DNA of 51,776 bases, from contig DAIENX010000100.1 in NCBI GenBank assembly GCA_027340875.1, forward strand, positions 1-51,776, written 5' to 3'. A program made the position numbers and the translations under genes. This document shows, piece after piece, positions 27,149-36,698 of the stretch (its first letter is position 1; each line of letters opens with the position of its first letter). Below the pieces are notes generated by a model. The model was not told the DNA's origin and searched no databases. It saw only the letters and a program-made list of their open reading frames with translations. Origin of the DNA: Elusimicrobiota bacterium (GTDB lineage Bacteria; Elusimicrobiota; Elusimicrobia; Elusimicrobiales; UBA9959).

Positions 27149-28324
27149 TCATTTCACGGATCTTCCGCTTTTCGTCGTCTTGCCGCCCTTTTCCAGCAGC
27201 TGCCGCGCGCGTTCGAGCTCCGCGTCCACGGCCTTCATCTTCCCGTCCATGGCTTTCATGTCCGCGCCCGTCTCCTTGGAGGGCGGGATATGCCTGCCGC
27301 CCGGGTCGATGTCGTTCATGACCAGGGCGGCGCGCTGCATGACGTTCACGGTCTTCATGGGCTCGAACACCCTGCTTACCCCGGGCCCGGTCAGGATTAT
27401 CCTGTAGGGCTGGCCCAGTTTCGTAGTGAGAAGATGGAACGTGGCCAGCTCGGCGAAATCCTCGGCCCAGCTGGTGGAGCCGTACAGCGACGCGAACGGG
27501 CCGCGCGTCAGGTTCTCGTACAGCGCGGCCGCGTCCTCGAAGCCGATCCTGGGGCCGCCGTTAAGGCCGTAGAAGGTGATCTTGTCGCGCAGCGGGAAAT
27601 CGTAGTCCTTCTCCGTAACGTAGAAGTCCCGCCAGAAGGGCTTGAAGAAGATCGCCGTTTTCCCGAGCGAGGCCGGCCTCAGGGAGGCCGGCATCTCGTT
27701 GTCGGCCCAGGGGGTCACGCCTTTCACGTAGTCCACGCCATGCGACGCCTCGTGGGCCAGCGCGTAAAGCAGGCCTTTGTAGCGCGCGCCGGCGTCCACC
27801 TTGACGGACCAGCCTTCCCGCGGCATGAAGCAGCTGCTCTCGCGTTCCGTCAGGGTGGCGGACAGGCCCTTCTTCAGCGAGTCCGGGTTCAGCGTGAGGT
27901 GGAAGAAGATCTTCCCGTCCTTGTCCTCGGCCCAGCTGGTGATGCCGTTGCCCTTGAAATTGGAGATGAAGTAGATGCCAAGGCACCTTTCCCGGAGGAC
28001 CTTTTGATAAACGTCCGGAAGGAGGGAGAGATACTGCTTTACCAGCGCTTTGTCCTCCGCCGAGGGGGCATAGACGGCGTACGCCGGGTCCTTGTCCATG
28101 TCGCGGTAGTGGGCGAACAGCTCCGGCGGCATGGGCTTGATCCTGTCCTCCAGCGGGGACGCCGGGTCGAAACGGTAATATTCTGCGCGCGTCAGCGTCT
28201 TTTCCGGAGGGGGAGGACTTGCGAACAGCGACCTGGCGCCCGCGGCGAGCGTGCCGGGCAGCTCGGGCACGGCGAGGAAAGCGACGGCGGCCAGCACGGC
28301 TGAAACGATAATAAATTTTTTCAT
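27149..28324 (-). CDS. Exported putative zinc metallopeptidase (HExxH)
   Basis: Signal/anchor sequence; AHEASHGVD and downstream YGSTSWAEDFAE. Confidence 0.75.
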   Translation of the reverse strand: MKKFIIVSAVLAAVAFLAVPELPGTLAAGARSLFASPPPPEKTLTRAEYYRFDPASPLEDRIKPMPPELFAHYRDMDKDPAYAVYAPSAEDKALVKQYLSLLPDVYQKVLRERCLGIYFISNFKGNGITSWAEDKDGKIFFHLTLNPDSLKKGLSATLTERESSCFMPREGWSVKVDAGARYKGLLYALAHEASHGVDYVKGVTPWADNEMPASLRPASLGKTAIFFKPFWRDFYVTEKDYDFPLRDKITFYGLNGGPRIGFEDAAALYENLTRGPFASLYGSTSWAEDFAELATFHLLTTKLGQPYRIILTGPGVSRVFEPMKTVNVMQRAALVMNDIDPGGRHIPPSKETGADMKAMDGKMKAVDAELERARQLLEKGGKTTKSGRSVK

Positions 28325-28360
28325 GCCGATAATCTAGCATGTCCGGAGCCGCGCGGGCAA

Positions 28361-28395
28361 GAAAAAAGGCCCGGGAACGCCCCGGGCCCTTTTTC
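28361..28395 (-). terminator. Intrinsic terminator of the clostripain gene
   Basis: GGCCCGGG/CCCGGGCC stem flanked by A/T tracts. Confidence 0.75.
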
Positions 28396-28409
28396 GTTCC
28401 GAAGAGGGT

Positions 28410-29831
28410 TCAGCGCGCGCGCCAGACGCCGTCGGTCCAGCTCACGAACTCGTCCCACTGCGAGGCCTTCGAGAGGGCCAGGTCCGAGTACTTGGTCTCG
28501 AAGATCGAGTCCAGCTGGGCCGGGACCTTCTTTATCTTCATCGTGGTGTTGATCGCGATGCCGCCGACCTTGGTGTAGTCGTAACCGTTCTCGGCGTCGC
28601 CGTGGATGCCGATGGAGCGCAGCACCAGGCCGTTCTTTATGAAGGTCATCAGGTCCAGAGCGGCGTTCTTCGTCTCCCGGCTGCGGGCGTTGGCGCCCAG
28701 CAGGTCGGCGAAGTCGTAGAGGTCCGCGTAGGCGGCGATCAGTTTGTTCTTGTCGTTCTTCGGGTCCAGGCTGGTGAAGCGGATGACCTTGTCCACCGCG
28801 ATCCTGGCGGCGTCCTGCTCGTCGTTGCGCATCGCGGCGCCGGCGAGGGCGTCCAGGTAGCGGGGCAGATCGTTCAGCGCGGCCGGGCGCACGGTGGAGA
28901 GGGTGGCGCCCATCTTGTCGAGAGGCACGGAGATCGGGCCTATGTTCATGCCGCCGGCGTAGAAGTCGCGGTACCAGTTCACCAGGAAGTCGCTGAACTG
29001 CTCGTTCGTGAAGGCGGGGTTGGCGTTGATGAAGTTGAGCAGCTTGGTGTAGTCGAAGCCCTGCGTCAGCATGGTCTCCTCGGAGCCGACGAACAGGCCG
29101 GCGTAGTCCTTCATCTCGTAGAGGACCTCGGACATCTGCATCAGGCAGGCGTTCTGCATCACGATATCCACGTAGCCGGCCTGGCGCATCATCTCGCCCA
29201 TCTGCGCGGTGCGGACGTAGTTCTTGGTCTCATCGTCGAAAAGTATGCCCTTGTTCTGGGTGCCGGTGCCGGCGGTATGCTCCTGCATGTTGGGGTCTAT
29301 CCAGCCGAGGCCGTGGTTCCAGAGCACCAGCACGTAGTGCTTGGCGGGGAAGGTCTTCTTGGACCACTGCACGAACTCTACGACGCGCTTGTAGTCGCCC
29401 ATGTCGGCGTTAGGATATTCCCCGTAGACCTTCTCGCCGGAGGAGAGGATGTTTCCCTTCTTCTCTATCAGCAGGCGGCGCGAGCCCTTGCCCTTGATGC
29501 CGTGCTCCACCACCACGTTGACCTTGTCGGTGGTGCCGACCTCCTTCATTTCCTTGATGTCCTTCTCGGCCCACTTGCCGACCATGCCGAGCAGGTGGCT
29601 GTCGCTCAGGTCGTTCTTGGCGTTCATGAAGACCATGACGGTCCATTCCTTGGTGACCTTGGACGGCTCGGGCTTGCCGGGTTTTATGAAATCGAGGATG
29701 CCCTTGTCCTGCTGCATGGCCCTTATGTCGGAGGCGCGCAGCGAGTTCAGGTCGAAGTCCTGGGCGGAGGCCGCGGCGGCGCCGATCACCAGCGCGGATA
29801 TGACTGCGGAGAAGAAGGTCTTATTTTTCAT
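28410..29831 (-). CDS. Secreted clostripain-family (C11) cysteine peptidase
   Basis: WTVMVFMNAKNDL, FPAKHYVLVLWNHGLGW (His), NACLM (Cys), GSEE. Confidence 0.92.
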   Translation of the reverse strand: MKNKTFFSAVISALVIGAAAASAQDFDLNSLRASDIRAMQQDKGILDFIKPGKPEPSKVTKEWTVMVFMNAKNDLSDSHLLGMVGKWAEKDIKEMKEVGTTDKVNVVVEHGIKGKGSRRLLIEKKGNILSSGEKVYGEYPNADMGDYKRVVEFVQWSKKTFPAKHYVLVLWNHGLGWIDPNMQEHTAGTGTQNKGILFDDETKNYVRTAQMGEMMRQAGYVDIVMQNACLMQMSEVLYEMKDYAGLFVGSEETMLTQGFDYTKLLNFINANPAFTNEQFSDFLVNWYRDFYAGGMNIGPISVPLDKMGATLSTVRPAALNDLPRYLDALAGAAMRNDEQDAARIAVDKVIRFTSLDPKNDKNKLIAAYADLYDFADLLGANARSRETKNAALDLMTFIKNGLVLRSIGIHGDAENGYDYTKVGGIAINTTMKIKKVPAQLDSIFETKYSDLALSKASQWDEFVSWTDGVWRAR

Positions 29832-29987
29832 ATCTATAGTCTAGCCGTCCCGGAGCTTTTCCGGCAGAGGCGGAGGGCCCACGAGGGGGGAGTTTTAGGG
29901 CCCACGCATGCTTAGGACCTTGGGCGAGCGGTCCGGTCACAATTGGTATAATAAAGATATCAATCACGCGGACCTTCTGGAGGCTTT

Positions 29988-31934
29988 ATGTCTGGAGCGC
30001 CGGTTTTTTCCTATACCCCGGAGCAGGTGAGCGGGACCTTCGACAGCGCGGTCAGGCGGCTGGATGACGACCTTAAGGCCGTCATAGCCGTGCCGGCCGG
30101 GCAGCGGACCTTCGCCAATACCGTGCTCGCTTTCGAGAAGGCCACCGGGGCATTCGGAGAGGCCGTGCATATACCGTCCATACTGGCCTATATCTCCGAC
30201 AACGCGGAGCTGCGCAAGGCCAGCCAGGAGCTGGAGCTGAAGGTCAGCCAGTACTTCGTGGACCTGATGACCCGCGAGGACGTCTTCGGCGCCATCAAGG
30301 CCTACGCGGACCTGGGCGAGAAGCTGGACCCGGTGGACGCGCGCCTGCTGGAGAAGACGCTGCTGGACTTCAAGCAGAACGGCCTGGGCCTGGAGCCCAG
30401 GAAGAAGAACAAGGTCAAGAAGCTGATGAAGGAGCTCATCACGCTGGAGCTGGAGTTCGCCAAGAACCTGCGCGAGGTGAACGACGCGCTGGAAGTGACG
30501 GAAGGGGAGCTGAAGGGGCTGCCGGAGGATTTCAAGGCGCGCCTCAAGCGCACGGAGAAGGGCGGCTACCTGGTCACGCTGAACTACCCGGACTACGTGC
30601 CGTTCATGCAGAACGCCGAGGACGGCGACGTCCGCCGCAGGCTGGCCGCGATGTTCAACAACCGCTGCGCCGGGACCAACATCAAGCTGATGGAGGACGC
30701 CATCGTGCTGCGCAGGAAGATCGCGAAGCTGCTCGGCTATCCCACCTACGCCGACTACGTGCTCGACGACAGGATGGCCAAGAACAGCGCCAACGTCTTC
30801 GCGTTCCTCAGGCGCACGCAGGACAGGCTCAAGCGCAAGGGCCGCAAGGAGCTGCGCGCGCGGCTGAAGCTCAAAGGCACCGGCGACAAGACGCTGAACG
30901 CCTGGGAGACCGCCTACTACAACAACCTGCTCAAGAAGACCAAGTATTCCATCGACCACGAGAAGATAAAGGAATATTTCCCGCTGGAGACGGTGCTGAA
31001 GGGCATGTTCGCCACGTTCGGCGAGGTGTTCGGCGCTAAGTTCGTGCCGGCGGACCTGCCGGTCTGGCACAAGGACGTGCGCGCCTTCGAGGTGAAGAAC
31101 GGCGACGGTTCCGTGGCAGCCTATTTCTACATGGACCTGTTCCCGCGCGAGGGGAAATACAAGCACGCGGCCTGCTTCGGCGTGCGCAAGGGCCACGAGC
31201 TCGCCGACGGCTCCTACGAGATCCCCGCCGCGGCGATAGTGGCCAACTTCTCCCCGCCGTCCGGCGACCTGCCGCCGCTGCTGAAGTTCGACGAGGTCGT
31301 CACGCTGTTCCACGAGTTCGGCCACGTCACGCACAACATCTTCACCCGGTCCAAGTACAAGAAGTTCGCCGGCACCAGCGTGTCCCGCGATTTCGTGGAG
31401 GTGCCGTCCAAGATGCTGGAGAACTGGGCCTACGACCCGGCCGTGCTGCGCCGCATCTCGGGGCACTACAGGAACCCTTCCGAGACCCTGCCGGAGAGGA
31501 CGATAAAGAAACTGATAGACGCCAAGAACATGGACTCGGGCATGGGCAACCTGCGCCAGATCTTCTTCAGCGTGCTGGACATGAAGTACCACACCGCCAG
31601 GGGGAAGTTGGACACCACGAAGGTCTACGAGAAGCTGATGAAGAAGATCTCGCTGATCCCTATGGCCCCCGGCACGCACCCGCAGGCGAGCTTCGGCCAC
31701 CTGATGGGCGGCTACGACGCCGGCTACTACAGCTACCTCTGGAGCGAGGCCATAGCGGCCGACCTTTTCAGCGTTTTCGAGGCCACCGGAGTGACGAACC
31801 CGGAGACCGGCAGGAAGTACAGGGAGCTGATACTGGCCCCCGGCCGCAGCTACGACGAGGCCGGCCAGGTGGAGAAGTTCCTGGGCAGGCCGTCGGCGGA
31901 GGACGCCTTCCTGAAGAGCATAGGAGCGGCATAG
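29988..31934 (+). CDS. M3A oligopeptidase (thimet oligopeptidase-like)
   Basis: DLFPREGKYKHA, TLFHEFGH, DFVEVPS, FGHLMGGYDAGYYSYLWSE. Confidence 0.95.
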   Translation: MSGAPVFSYTPEQVSGTFDSAVRRLDDDLKAVIAVPAGQRTFANTVLAFEKATGAFGEAVHIPSILAYISDNAELRKASQELELKVSQYFVDLMTREDVFGAIKAYADLGEKLDPVDARLLEKTLLDFKQNGLGLEPRKKNKVKKLMKELITLELEFAKNLREVNDALEVTEGELKGLPEDFKARLKRTEKGGYLVTLNYPDYVPFMQNAEDGDVRRRLAAMFNNRCAGTNIKLMEDAIVLRRKIAKLLGYPTYADYVLDDRMAKNSANVFAFLRRTQDRLKRKGRKELRARLKLKGTGDKTLNAWETAYYNNLLKKTKYSIDHEKIKEYFPLETVLKGMFATFGEVFGAKFVPADLPVWHKDVRAFEVKNGDGSVAAYFYMDLFPREGKYKHAACFGVRKGHELADGSYEIPAAAIVANFSPPSGDLPPLLKFDEVVTLFHEFGHVTHNIFTRSKYKKFAGTSVSRDFVEVPSKMLENWAYDPAVLRRISGHYRNPSETLPERTIKKLIDAKNMDSGMGNLRQIFFSVLDMKYHTARGKLDTTKVYEKLMKKISLIPMAPGTHPQASFGHLMGGYDAGYYSYLWSEAIAADLFSVFEATGVTNPETGRKYRELILAPGRSYDEAGQVEKFLGRPSAEDAFLKSIGAA

Positions 31935-31962
31935 GAGAACTGCGCGCCGGGGCGGCGCGGAT

Positions 31963-32958
31963 ATGAAGACCAAGGTTTCCATGGCGGCCGGCTTCGCGGT
32001 GAGCGCCCTGCTCCTGTGGCTGGCGCTGCGTAATATAGAGTTCGGCTCCCTCGCCGGGATCTACGCCCGCATCGAGCCGCTCTACCTGCTGCCGGTGGCC
32101 GCGGTGGTGCTGGCCGAGCTGCTGGCTCGCGGTGCGCGCTGGAAGCTGCTGCTCGCTCCTTCGAGCTCCTCGGTGAAGCTCTCCGACGCGTTCAAGCTGG
32201 AGGCCGCCGGGCTCGCGCTGAACAACATCCTGCCGCTGCGGCTGGGGGAGCTCGCCCGCGCCACGTTCGCCGCGCGCGTCTTCTCGATACCGGTGGTGAC
32301 CGTGCTGGCCACGATACTGGTGGAGCGGCTGCTGGACGTGGTAGTGCTCTTCCTGCTCTTCGCCGCCGCCGCCGAGTTCGGCGGCATCACTGGCGGCATC
32401 TTCGCCTACAACGGCCTGATGTGGACGCTGGTCGCGGGTGTGGCGGCCGGCATCGCGGCGCTGATCTTCGCCGACGAACTGGTGGCGCACGCCTGGTTCT
32501 CCGGTTTCTTCGCCCGCTTCCCGAAGGTCCGCACCATTTTCGAGAGGGTGGCCATGGGCGTGAAGGGGCTGCACAATTTCCGCAGCGGGTCGCTGATCTT
32601 CCTGTTCGCCGCGCTGCAGTGGCTGCTGGACGCGCTGAACTTCTGGCTGCTGGCCCGCGCCTTCGGGCTCGGCGGGACCATAGACGCGTTCCGCAGCGTA
32701 GCGCTGATCTTCGCCGGCGCGGCCGCCGCGTCCGTCCCCGGCATGCCCGGTTATTTCGGGAATTACGAGCTGGTGCTGGTGAAGGTGCTCAAGGGCTGGG
32801 GCGTGCAGGAGGGGGTGGGCTTCGCCTTCGTCTCCTGCATGCACGTCTTCGTCTACGTTTTCATCACGCTGCTGGGCGTGGCCTTCATCTACCAGATGGG
32901 GCAGTCGGTGGGACGGGTCTGGAGCGAGTTCAAGTCCGCGGGGAAGGACAAAGCATGA
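31963..32958 (+). CDS. Lysylphosphatidylglycerol synthase TM-region / flippase-like membrane protein
   Basis: R..RW..LL, NNILPLRLGELAR, ERLLD, PG..G.YE. Confidence 0.88.
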   Translation: MKTKVSMAAGFAVSALLLWLALRNIEFGSLAGIYARIEPLYLLPVAAVVLAELLARGARWKLLLAPSSSSVKLSDAFKLEAAGLALNNILPLRLGELARATFAARVFSIPVVTVLATILVERLLDVVVLFLLFAAAAEFGGITGGIFAYNGLMWTLVAGVAAGIAALIFADELVAHAWFSGFFARFPKVRTIFERVAMGVKGLHNFRSGSLIFLFAALQWLLDALNFWLLARAFGLGGTIDAFRSVALIFAGAAAASVPGMPGYFGNYELVLVKVLKGWGVQEGVGFAFVSCMHVFVYVFITLLGVAFIYQMGQSVGRVWSEFKSAGKDKA

Positions 32959-34115
32959 ACGCCGTGAACTCCGTGCTGATGCTCAGCCAGACCTTCCACC
33001 CGGTGATGGGCGGCTCCGAGCGGCAGGCTCTGGAGATCTCGAAGGCGCTGGTCTCCCGCGGCGTGAAGGTGACGGTGCTCACCAGGCAGCCCGGCGGCCA
33101 GCCGGCCGAGGAGGACATGGGCGGCGTCAGGGTGCTGCGCCTCGGCGCGTTCGGGCCGCGCGCGGTGGATTCCGCGCTGTTCATGCTGAAGAGCTTTTTC
33201 TGGCTGCTGTCGCACAAGGCGGACTACGACGCCGTGCACGTGCACCTGGCCTCGTCCCCGGCGGTGGCCGCGGTGCTGGCTTCCCGTCTTACCGGGAAAA
33301 AGACGCTGGTTAAGCTGGGCGGCGGCAAAGGCGTGGACGAGATCACGCTTTCCATGGGGAGCTTCCTGGGGCGGCTGAAGCTCTCCTTCTTCCGCGCCTT
33401 TCGCCCGGAGCTGCTGGTGATGAACGGCGAGGTCTACGACTGGCTGAGCGGCACGCCCGAATTCTCCGGGCTCAGGCTGCGCCGGTTCCGCAACGGCGTG
33501 GACACCGGCCGCTACACGCCGCTGCTATATTCCGAGAAGATAAAGGCCAAGGAGGCCATCGGTCTGGACAACTCAACGTTGTTCATTTTCGTCGGCAGAC
33601 TTTCGCCCGAGAAGCGCGTGAAGGAGTTCCTGGAGGCCTGGGCCGAGGTGTTCAGCGAGGCGGCTGCGCCCCCGAAGGCCCGCCTGCTGATAGTAGGCGA
33701 CGGGCCGGAGCGGCGGGCGCTCGAAGGCGCGGTGGCCGACCTCGGGCTGGCGGGCAGCGTGGCGCTGGCCGGCCGCAAGGACGACCTGCTGCCATATTAC
33801 CGCGCGGCCGACGTCTTCATCCTGCCTTCCATCTCGGAGGGCCTTTCCAATTCGATGCTCGAGGCCATGTCCTGCGGCGTGGCCATCATGGCCAGCCGGG
33901 TGGGCGGGGCGCGGGAGGCCGTGCAGCCCGGGGTCAGCGGCAGCCTGTTCGACCCGCTGAACCGGGCGGAGCTGAAGGACTGCCTGCGGCGGCATATAGC
34001 CGACCGGAGCCTGGCGGTGAAGATGGGGGAGGCGGCCAGGAAGACGGCCGTGGAGAAGTACTCCATGGCCCGCGTGGCGGAAGAGTTAATAGCTATTTAC
34101 GGGGAGAAAGCCTGA
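32955..34115 (+). CDS. GT4-family glycosyltransferase
   Basis: GGSERQ, NGVD, VGRLSPEK, EGLSNSMLEAMSCG. Confidence 0.93.
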   Translation: MNAVNSVLMLSQTFHPVMGGSERQALEISKALVSRGVKVTVLTRQPGGQPAEEDMGGVRVLRLGAFGPRAVDSALFMLKSFFWLLSHKADYDAVHVHLASSPAVAAVLASRLTGKKTLVKLGGGKGVDEITLSMGSFLGRLKLSFFRAFRPELLVMNGEVYDWLSGTPEFSGLRLRRFRNGVDTGRYTPLLYSEKIKAKEAIGLDNSTLFIFVGRLSPEKRVKEFLEAWAEVFSEAAAPPKARLLIVGDGPERRALEGAVADLGLAGSVALAGRKDDLLPYYRAADVFILPSISEGLSNSMLEAMSCGVAIMASRVGGAREAVQPGVSGSLFDPLNRAELKDCLRRHIADRSLAVKMGEAARKTAVEKYSMARVAEELIAIYGEKA

Positions 34116-36022
34116 TGTGCGGCATTTGCGGACTTTATAACCACGGCTCCGGCCTTGCGGTCGAGCGCGCGGACCTGAAGGCGATGAACGACCTGATCGT
34201 CCACCGCGGCCCGGACGACGAGGGCTATTTCGAGGACAGGAACGTCGGCCTGGCCATGCGCAGGCTCTCGATCATAGACCTGTCCACCGGCCACCAGCCC
34301 ATCGCGAACGAGGACGGCACCGCCTGGATAGTCTTCAACGGGGAGATCTACAACTACCTGGAGCTGCGGGAGATGCTGCTGGCCCGCGGCCACAAGTTCA
34401 GAACGAAGAGCGACACCGAGGCCATCCTGCACCTCTACGAGGAGAAGGGCCCGGATTTCCCGAAGGAGCTGCGCGGCATGTTCGCGGTGGCCATCTGGGA
34501 CGGCAAAAAAAAGCGGCTGGTGCTGGCGCGCGACAGGCTGGGCAAGAAGCCGCTGTTCTACGCGCATACCCCGGACAGCTTCGTCTTCGGCTCCGAGCTG
34601 CGCTGCCTGCTGACCAGGCCCGAGGTCAAACGCGAGGTGAACCCCGCCGCGGTGGACGCGTACCTCTCGCTGCAGTACATCCCGAGCCCGCTTTCCATCT
34701 TCAAGGGCGTGAAGAAGCTGGAGCCGGCCTCCACGCTGGTCTTCCAGGACGGCAAGGCCGTCACCGAGAAGTACTGGGACCTGCCGCTCGGCGAGGAGAA
34801 GCTGGGCCACGTGCCGCTGCCGGAGCTGAAGGAGCGCCTGAAGGCCGAGCTCTCCGAGGCGGTGAAGATACGCCTGATGTCCGAGGTGCCTCTGGGCGCT
34901 TTCCTGTCCGGCGGAATAGATTCCTCGGTAGTCACGGCGCTGATGGCGAAGCATTCCTCCACGCCGGTCAAGACCTTCGCGATAGGCTTCAAGGAGGAGA
35001 AGTTCTCCGAGCTGGGCTACGCCAGGCAGGTGGCGGAGATGTACGGCACGAAACATACCGAGTTCACGGTGGAGGCCAAGATGGCCGACGTGCTGGAGAA
35101 GCTGGCCTGGCATTACGGCGAGCCTTACGCCGATTCCAGCGCTCTGCCGTCCTATTTCGTCTCGCGCGAGACGCGCAAGGCGGTCACGGTGGCGCTGAAC
35201 GGCGACGGCGGCGACGAGGCCTTCGGCGGCTACCTGCGCTACGTCGGCATGAAGGCCGAGAACGTCGTCGCCGGCCTGCCGCGCTGGACCAAGCTGGCCG
35301 CGCTGGGGGCCATTTCAGGTGTGCCGAAGACGGCGCCTTTCAATTTCTTCTGGCGGCTGGAGAAGTTCCTGAAGCTCTCCTCGATGGAGACGCTTGAGAA
35401 GCGCTACCTGTCCACGGTGTCGTTCTTCGGGCCGGGCGAAACGGACGGGCTCTACTCGCCGGCCTTCGCCAACGCGCTGGGGGCGGACAGGGGCTATGCC
35501 GAGCGCTATATCTCCGGCCTGTTCGCGCTGAACCCTGACGACGACCTGCTGAACCGGATGTCGTACACGGACCTGCGCTCCTATCTGCCGGAATGCCTGA
35601 TGACGAAGATGGACATAGCGTCGATGGCGAATTCCCTCGAGACCCGCTCGCCCTTCCTGGACCACAAGGTGCTGGAGTTCGCTTTCCGCCTGCCGGGGAA
35701 CCTGAAGCTCAAGGGCTTCGGCGGGACGAAGTGGATACTGAAGGAAACTTTCAGGGACATGCTGCCTCCGGAGATATACAGCCGGGGCAAGATGGGCTTC
35801 GGGATACCGCTGGGCATCTGGTTCCGCGGCGAGCTGAAGGACTACTGGGCCGGGGCCTGCCTGTCGAAGAAGGCTCTGGAGCGCGGGTACTTCAGGCCGG
35901 AGGCGTTGTTCAAACTGTGGGACGAGCATCAGCGGGGTACGCGGGACCACGGCTACAAGCTGTGGGCGCTGCTGATGCTGGAGCTCTGGCACCGGCAGTA
36001 CGCCGATGATTTCAAGCTGTAA
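34115..36022 (+). CDS. asnB: Asparagine synthase (glutamine-hydrolysing) family amidotransferase
   Basis: MCGICG, HRGPD, RRLSIID, NGEIYN, LSGGIDSS, GDGGDE.FGGY; probably glycan-modifying given its context. Confidence 0.93.
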   Translation: MCGICGLYNHGSGLAVERADLKAMNDLIVHRGPDDEGYFEDRNVGLAMRRLSIIDLSTGHQPIANEDGTAWIVFNGEIYNYLELREMLLARGHKFRTKSDTEAILHLYEEKGPDFPKELRGMFAVAIWDGKKKRLVLARDRLGKKPLFYAHTPDSFVFGSELRCLLTRPEVKREVNPAAVDAYLSLQYIPSPLSIFKGVKKLEPASTLVFQDGKAVTEKYWDLPLGEEKLGHVPLPELKERLKAELSEAVKIRLMSEVPLGAFLSGGIDSSVVTALMAKHSSTPVKTFAIGFKEEKFSELGYARQVAEMYGTKHTEFTVEAKMADVLEKLAWHYGEPYADSSALPSYFVSRETRKAVTVALNGDGGDEAFGGYLRYVGMKAENVVAGLPRWTKLAALGAISGVPKTAPFNFFWRLEKFLKLSSMETLEKRYLSTVSFFGPGETDGLYSPAFANALGADRGYAERYISGLFALNPDDDLLNRMSYTDLRSYLPECLMTKMDIASMANSLETRSPFLDHKVLEFAFRLPGNLKLKGFGGTKWILKETFRDMLPPEIYSRGKMGFGIPLGIWFRGELKDYWAGACLSKKALERGYFRPEALFKLWDEHQRGTRDHGYKLWALLMLELWHRQYADDFKL

Positions 36023-36039
36023 GTTTTGAGGAGAGTTGC

Positions 36040-36240
36040 TTCCCGGTCGCGGTCCTTGCCGCGAGCGATTTTAGGGCGCAGGGCCCGTGCGGCCGGAGCG
36101 GACGGCCTATCATTGAGGCCGCGGCGAAGAATGTCTGAGCGAGGCACGGTGTGCCGAGCGAGTTCTTCGCCGGCGAAGGCCCAAGGGCCCTCTTCCCCGG
36201 CGCCCGGCCATGAGCGAGCGGTAAGGACCGCGACCGGGAA
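36040..36240 (+). repeat. Structured intergenic element, copy D (longer, opposite orientation)
   Basis: 23-bp terminal IR with one G-T pair; nested AGGGCCC/GGGCCCT and CGGCGAAGAA/TTCTTCGCCG stems; central GGCAC-GGT-GTGCC hairpin. Confidence 0.7.
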
Positions 36241-36245
36241 TCGAT

Positions 36246-36698
36246 ATGAAGATCGTATTGATAAATCCCGATATTCCGTGGAACGCGGGCAACATCGGCC
36301 GCACCTGCGTGGCCACCGGCACGGAACTGGTCTTCGTCGGCAAGCTTGGGTTCGACCTGAGCGACAAGGAGATACGTCGCTCCGGGCTGGACTACTGGCA
36401 GTTCCTGAAATATTCCGTGTTCAAGACCTTCGAGGAGTTCATCGCCTCGCTGCCGCCGGACCCGTCGCTGATCTTCTTCTCCACCAGGGGGGAGAAGAGC
36501 TACTGGGAAGCGCCGTACCGAGAGGATTCCTGCCTGATACTCGGGGCCGAGACGGCCGGCTTCCCCGACTGGATGTACGAGAAGTACGCCGACAGGCTTT
36601 TCAGGATACCGATGTGGTCGGACCGTGTGAGATCGCTTAACCTCTCGACTTCGGCGGGCGTCGTTCTCTACGAGGGCCTTCGCCGCGTCCGCGGCTAA
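36246..36698 (+). CDS. trmL: tRNA (cytidine/uridine-34 2'-O)-methyltransferase
   Basis: P.IP.NAGNIGRTC, RRSGLDYW, GAETAG, RIPM...RSLNLS. Confidence 0.94.
   Translation: MKIVLINPDIPWNAGNIGRTCVATGTELVFVGKLGFDLSDKEIRRSGLDYWQFLKYSVFKTFEEFIASLPPDPSLIFFSTRGEKSYWEAPYREDSCLILGAETAGFPDWMYEKYADRLFRIPMWSDRVRSLNLSTSAGVVLYEGLRRVRG

Noticed and set aside
36026..36640. 204-aa ORF spanning the asnB-trmL spacer
   Set aside because: It is a low-complexity translation of the palindromic element, out of frame with trmL.
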